Part shown: positions 61,118 through 64,000 of the stretch, piece by piece | Position numbering within the stretch: the first letter of the stretch is position 1 | How the letters are laid out: each line of letters starts with the position of its first letter | Origin: Geothrix sp. | GTDB taxonomy: Bacteria; Acidobacteriota; Holophagae; Holophagales; Holophagaceae | Assembly (NCBI GenBank): GCA_031292655.1 | Contig: JARLGO010000222.1 | Span: forward strand, 26,042-90,041 | Length of the DNA stretch: 64,000 bases | Reading direction: 5' to 3' | Translations under genes and position numbers: made by a program | The notes under the pieces: model-generated | Seen by the model: the letters and a program-made list of their open reading frames with translations, nothing else | What the model was told of the DNA's origin: nothing | Database searches by the model: none

Positions 61118-61870
61118 TTAGTGCATATGCACGGCGTCGTGCAGATACAGGCAGGTGAGAATGGCGAACACGTAGGCTTGCAGCCCGGCCACCAGCAGCT
61201 CCAGCGCCGCCAGCGCAACGTTCAGGCTCAGCGGCACCACGGAGGCGAAGGCGCCGAGCACGCCGAAGCTCGCGGTGAGCAGCAGCATGAAGCCGGCGAA
61301 CACTTCCCACATCACGTGCCCGGCGGTCATGTTTGCGAACAAACGAACCGAGAGGGAGACGGGACGGGAGAGGTAGGAGATGATCTCGATGGGCACCAGC
61401 AGCGGCAGAAGCCAGGTCGGCACGCCGGAGGGCACGAAGAACTTAAGGAACTTGAAGCCGTGCGTGTAGAAGCCCACACCGGTGGAGAACACGAACACGA
61501 ACAGCGCCAGCGTCAGCGTGACCGCGATATGGCTGGTGAAGGCGAAGAAGTAGGGGAACAGCCCCAGCAGGTTGCCCAGCAGGATGAAGCTGAAGATGGT
61601 GAACACCAGCGGGAAGAAGCGCAGGCCTTCCTCGCCGATCGTGTCCACGCACATGTTGCGCACGAACTCGTAGAGCATCTCGACCAGCGACTGCGCGCGG
61701 CCGGGCACCAGGGCCTTGCTCTTCAGGCCGAGGGCGAACACGGCCACGATGACCGCGGCGGCGCCCAGCATGGCCTCGTTGGAATTGGTAAAATTGACGG
61801 CACGGCCAAGGCTGCCAAGGCCTGTGGTGAGGCTGAATTGTCCCAGCGCGTCGATCGTCGGTCCTGCCAT
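61118..61870 (-). CDS. atpB: ATP synthase F0 subunit a
   Basis: PGRAQ, RPVSLSVRLFANMTAGH, LQAYVF. Confidence 0.97.
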   Translation of the reverse strand: MAGPTIDALGQFSLTTGLGSLGRAVNFTNSNEAMLGAAAVIVAVFALGLKSKALVPGRAQSLVEMLYEFVRNMCVDTIGEEGLRFFPLVFTIFSFILLGNLLGLFPYFFAFTSHIAVTLTLALFVFVFSTGVGFYTHGFKFLKFFVPSGVPTWLLPLLVPIEIISYLSRPVSLSVRLFANMTAGHVMWEVFAGFMLLLTASFGVLGAFASVVPLSLNVALAALELLVAGLQAYVFAILTCLYLHDAVHMH

Positions 61871-61881
61871 GTCTATCCCGT

Positions 61882-62184
61882 TCAGCCGCCTGTTTTTCCG
61901 CCGGACGCGCGAAGAAGATTACGCAACCCGGCCACCATACCCACTGGCACCATGAGGATCATCAGCCAGGGCGAGGTATGGAAGAGCTTATCCAGCCCCC
62001 AACCAACCACCACGGCGATGACCATCGCGGCCACCATCTCAACGCCAAGGCGCATCGCCAGCTCAATCGCGCGCTGCGCGGAACCGGCATCGCTTTCAGC
62101 CGTTTCGCGCTTGGGACCCGCAGCAGCGTCTTCCGCCGCCTTGAGCCGCTCTTCAAACGCCGATTTATCCCGACCTTCGCTCAT
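61882..62184 (-). CDS. atpI: AtpZ/AtpI family protein
   Basis: GWGLDKLFHTSPW motif, first gene of the F0 operon. Confidence 0.88.
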   Translation of the reverse strand: MSEGRDKSAFEERLKAAEDAAAGPKRETAESDAGSAQRAIELAMRLGVEMVAAMVIAVVVGWGLDKLFHTSPWLMILMVPVGMVAGLRNLLRASGGKTGG

Positions 62185-62378
62185 GCACCTGTTTTCAGCG
62201 GTTTTAACCGCTTAGACGTTGGCGGGTTGCTACCCATCCCCCCCTGCCCTGTCAAGAATACATAACGGTTTAAATGTTGTTTCATGGCCACGCCTTAAAA
62301 TGTACGGCGCGGCTGTTGACGCGGTTACGGGCCAAAAGCCAGTTTACCGTGGTGTTTCCGTAATTTTGAGGACCCGCC

Positions 62379-63464
62379 TTGCCCGTGGAAGTGCTGCGCG
62401 AACTGCCGCTGGACCAGATATTGCTCGGCGATGCCGGGACAATGCTGCGCATGCTGCCTGACGCGTCGGTCAACTGCATTTTCGCCGACCCGCCATATAA
62501 CCTGCAGCTGCGGGGCGAGCTTCGCCGCCCGGATGACAGCTTGGTGGACGGGGTGGACGAGGATTGGGACCGTTTCTCCGATTTCGCCGCCTATGACGCC
62601 TTTACCCGCGACTGGCTGGCCGAATGCCACCGCATCCTGCTGAAGGACGGCACGATCTGGGTCATCGGCTCCTACCATAATATCTTCCGCATCGGCGCGA
62701 TGATGCAGGATATGGGGTTCTGGATCCTCAACGACGTGATCTGGCGCAAGACCAACCCGATGCCGAATTTCCGCGGCCGGCGCTTCACCAACGCGCATGA
62801 GACGATGATCTGGGCGGCCAAGAGCCCGCAAAGCCGCTACAAGTTCAACTATCAGGCCATGAAGGCGCTGAACGACGATCTGCAGATGCGCTCGGACTGG
62901 ACGTTGCCGCTCTGCACCGGCGGCGAGCGGCTGAAGAACACGCATGGGCTGAAATTGCATCCCACCCAGAAGCCGGAAGCGTTGCTGCACCGCGTCATCA
63001 TGGCCTCGACCAGCCCTGGCGATATCATCGTGGACCCGTTCCTTGGCACCGGCACCACGGCGGCGGTGGCCAAGCGGCTGCACCGGCACTTCATCGGCAT
63101 TGAGCGGCACCCGGCTTATGTGGAAGCCGCCTGGGGCCGGCTGCAGGCCGAGCGGCAGGCGCCCAAGAGCGCCGTCGTCGCCCCGCCGAGCGGGCGCGAG
63201 ACCCCGCGCATCGCCTTCGGCAGCTTCGTCGAGCGCGGGATCATCCGCCCCGGCACACAGGTGATGGACAAGCAGCGCCGCTTCGGCGCGGAGGTGACGG
63301 CGGAAGGCCAACTCGTCTCCGGCGCGCATCGCGGCTCCATCCACCAGGTGGGGGCGGTGGTGCAGAACGCGCCCTCCTGCAATGGCTGGACCTTCTGGCA
63401 TTTCGAGCGCGACGGCGTGCTCGTGCCGCTCGACGTGCTGCGGAAAGAGAATTCGGAGGCATGA
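62379..63464 (+). CDS. ccrM: Cell-cycle-regulated GANTC adenine methyltransferase
   Basis: [41 protein letters not shown]-terminal SCNGWTFW. Confidence 0.95.
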   Translation: MPVEVLRELPLDQILLGDAGTMLRMLPDASVNCIFADPPYNLQLRGELRRPDDSLVDGVDEDWDRFSDFAAYDAFTRDWLAECHRILLKDGTIWVIGSYHNIFRIGAMMQDMGFWILNDVIWRKTNPMPNFRGRRFTNAHETMIWAAKSPQSRYKFNYQAMKALNDDLQMRSDWTLPLCTGGERLKNTHGLKLHPTQKPEALLHRVIMASTSPGDIIVDPFLGTGTTAAVAKRLHRHFIGIERHPAYVEAAWGRLQAERQAPKSAVVAPPSGRETPRIAFGSFVERGIIRPGTQVMDKQRRFGAEVTAEGQLVSGAHRGSIHQVGAVVQNAPSCNGWTFWHFERDGVLVPLDVLRKENSEA

Positions 63465-63922
63465 GCTTCAGGACGATCAGCGGCAGCCTGCAGGTTCCGC
63501 CGCTGATCATCCGGCAGACGCGGGGGTGGCAAAGCCTGCTCGTGGCCATCGGCGCGGGTCTGCTGGGCTTCGTGCATAGCGGAGTTCTTGCCCATAAGCT
63601 GATCGACGGGCTGATCCCCGCCGCCCCGGCCTTCGCCGCTAGCGGCCTGTTCTGCGTGATCATGGGGGTTCTGGTTTTCCTGTGGCCGGCCCGGCTTTCC
63701 CTCGCCCCGGACGGCCTCGCTTTTCAGAGCATCTTCTCCAACCGCCGCATTCCCTGGAGCATGATCCAGGGCTTTGCGGTCTGGCGCTTCCGTAACAAAC
63801 CGCGCGGGCTGCGCATCCTGCTCACGGATAACGGCGCGTTCGACCTGCCCAGCGGCTGGCCGCTACCCCCTGCCGACCTCGCCAAACAGATCGGCCAAGC
63901 CAAGCGCTACTGGAACGGCTAA
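63461..63922 (+). CDS. Hypothetical two-TM membrane protein with PH-like C-terminus
   Basis: ATGA overlap with ccrM; two TM segments then DGL...RRIPWSMI. Confidence 0.65.
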   Translation: MSFRTISGSLQVPPLIIRQTRGWQSLLVAIGAGLLGFVHSGVLAHKLIDGLIPAAPAFAASGLFCVIMGVLVFLWPARLSLAPDGLAFQSIFSNRRIPWSMIQGFAVWRFRNKPRGLRILLTDNGAFDLPSGWPLPPADLAKQIGQAKRYWNG

Positions 63923-63929
63923 ACGCCGC

Positions 63930-64000
63930 TCACGCCTCGGCCGCCACGCCCAGGCGCTTGCGCAACGCCAGGCTGTCCGGCCCCGCCACGTCAGAGAGCT
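63930..64000 (-). CDS. Possible 3' end of a gene truncated by the window edge
   Basis: Open frame ...LSDVAGPDSLALRKRLGVAAEA* ending convergently; no function assignable. Confidence 0.3.
   Translation of the reverse strand, partial: LSDVAGPDSLALRKRLGVAAEA

Noticed and set aside
62270-62284. TTAA-N7-TTCA possible CtrA box upstream of ccrM
   Set aside because: One mismatch in an AT-rich promoter; too weak to call without conservation data
62379-63464. Methyltransferase as part of a restriction-modification defence system
   Set aside because: Has the CcrM-specific C-terminal domain and no adjacent nuclease

Overview
GC-rich alphaproteobacterial chromosome segment, probably Acetobacteraceae (inferred from ccrM, the atpI-B-E-F'-F block, fixLJK and general protein style). 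About 65 genes, mostly housekeeping: a surface-polysaccharide cluster, azoR-yceI-cytochrome b561-yceI, a repeat-bearing GT2/GT4 fusion, an NdvC-like GH17, bactofilin, cysD-cysNC-cysQ, thiolase, cpdB-ppk1-hda, purMN, rpsF-rpsR-rplI, Pat, dnaB-alr-mlaEF, methylcitrate genes with their regulator, a Zur/zinc ABC locus with an Nramp-like transporter, a FixL-FixJ-FixT-FixK oxygen-sensing cassette, hisJQM-like genes, F0 ATP synthase genes and ccrM. I saw no CRISPR array, rRNA, tRNA or transposase. Best candidates for novelty: (1) the Fix cassette is led by a full-length carbamate kinase homologue with its catalytic motifs replaced and contains an Asp-less receiver, both preceded by FNR/FixK-type boxes; (2) sharp local GC-skew inversions centred on two copies of a short palindrome; (3) a motif-variant Nramp-like transporter with a coupled micro-protein beside zur; (4) a seven-unit ~43-aa repeat domain on a glycosyltransferase. 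All calls come from motif recognition by eye; no searches were run.
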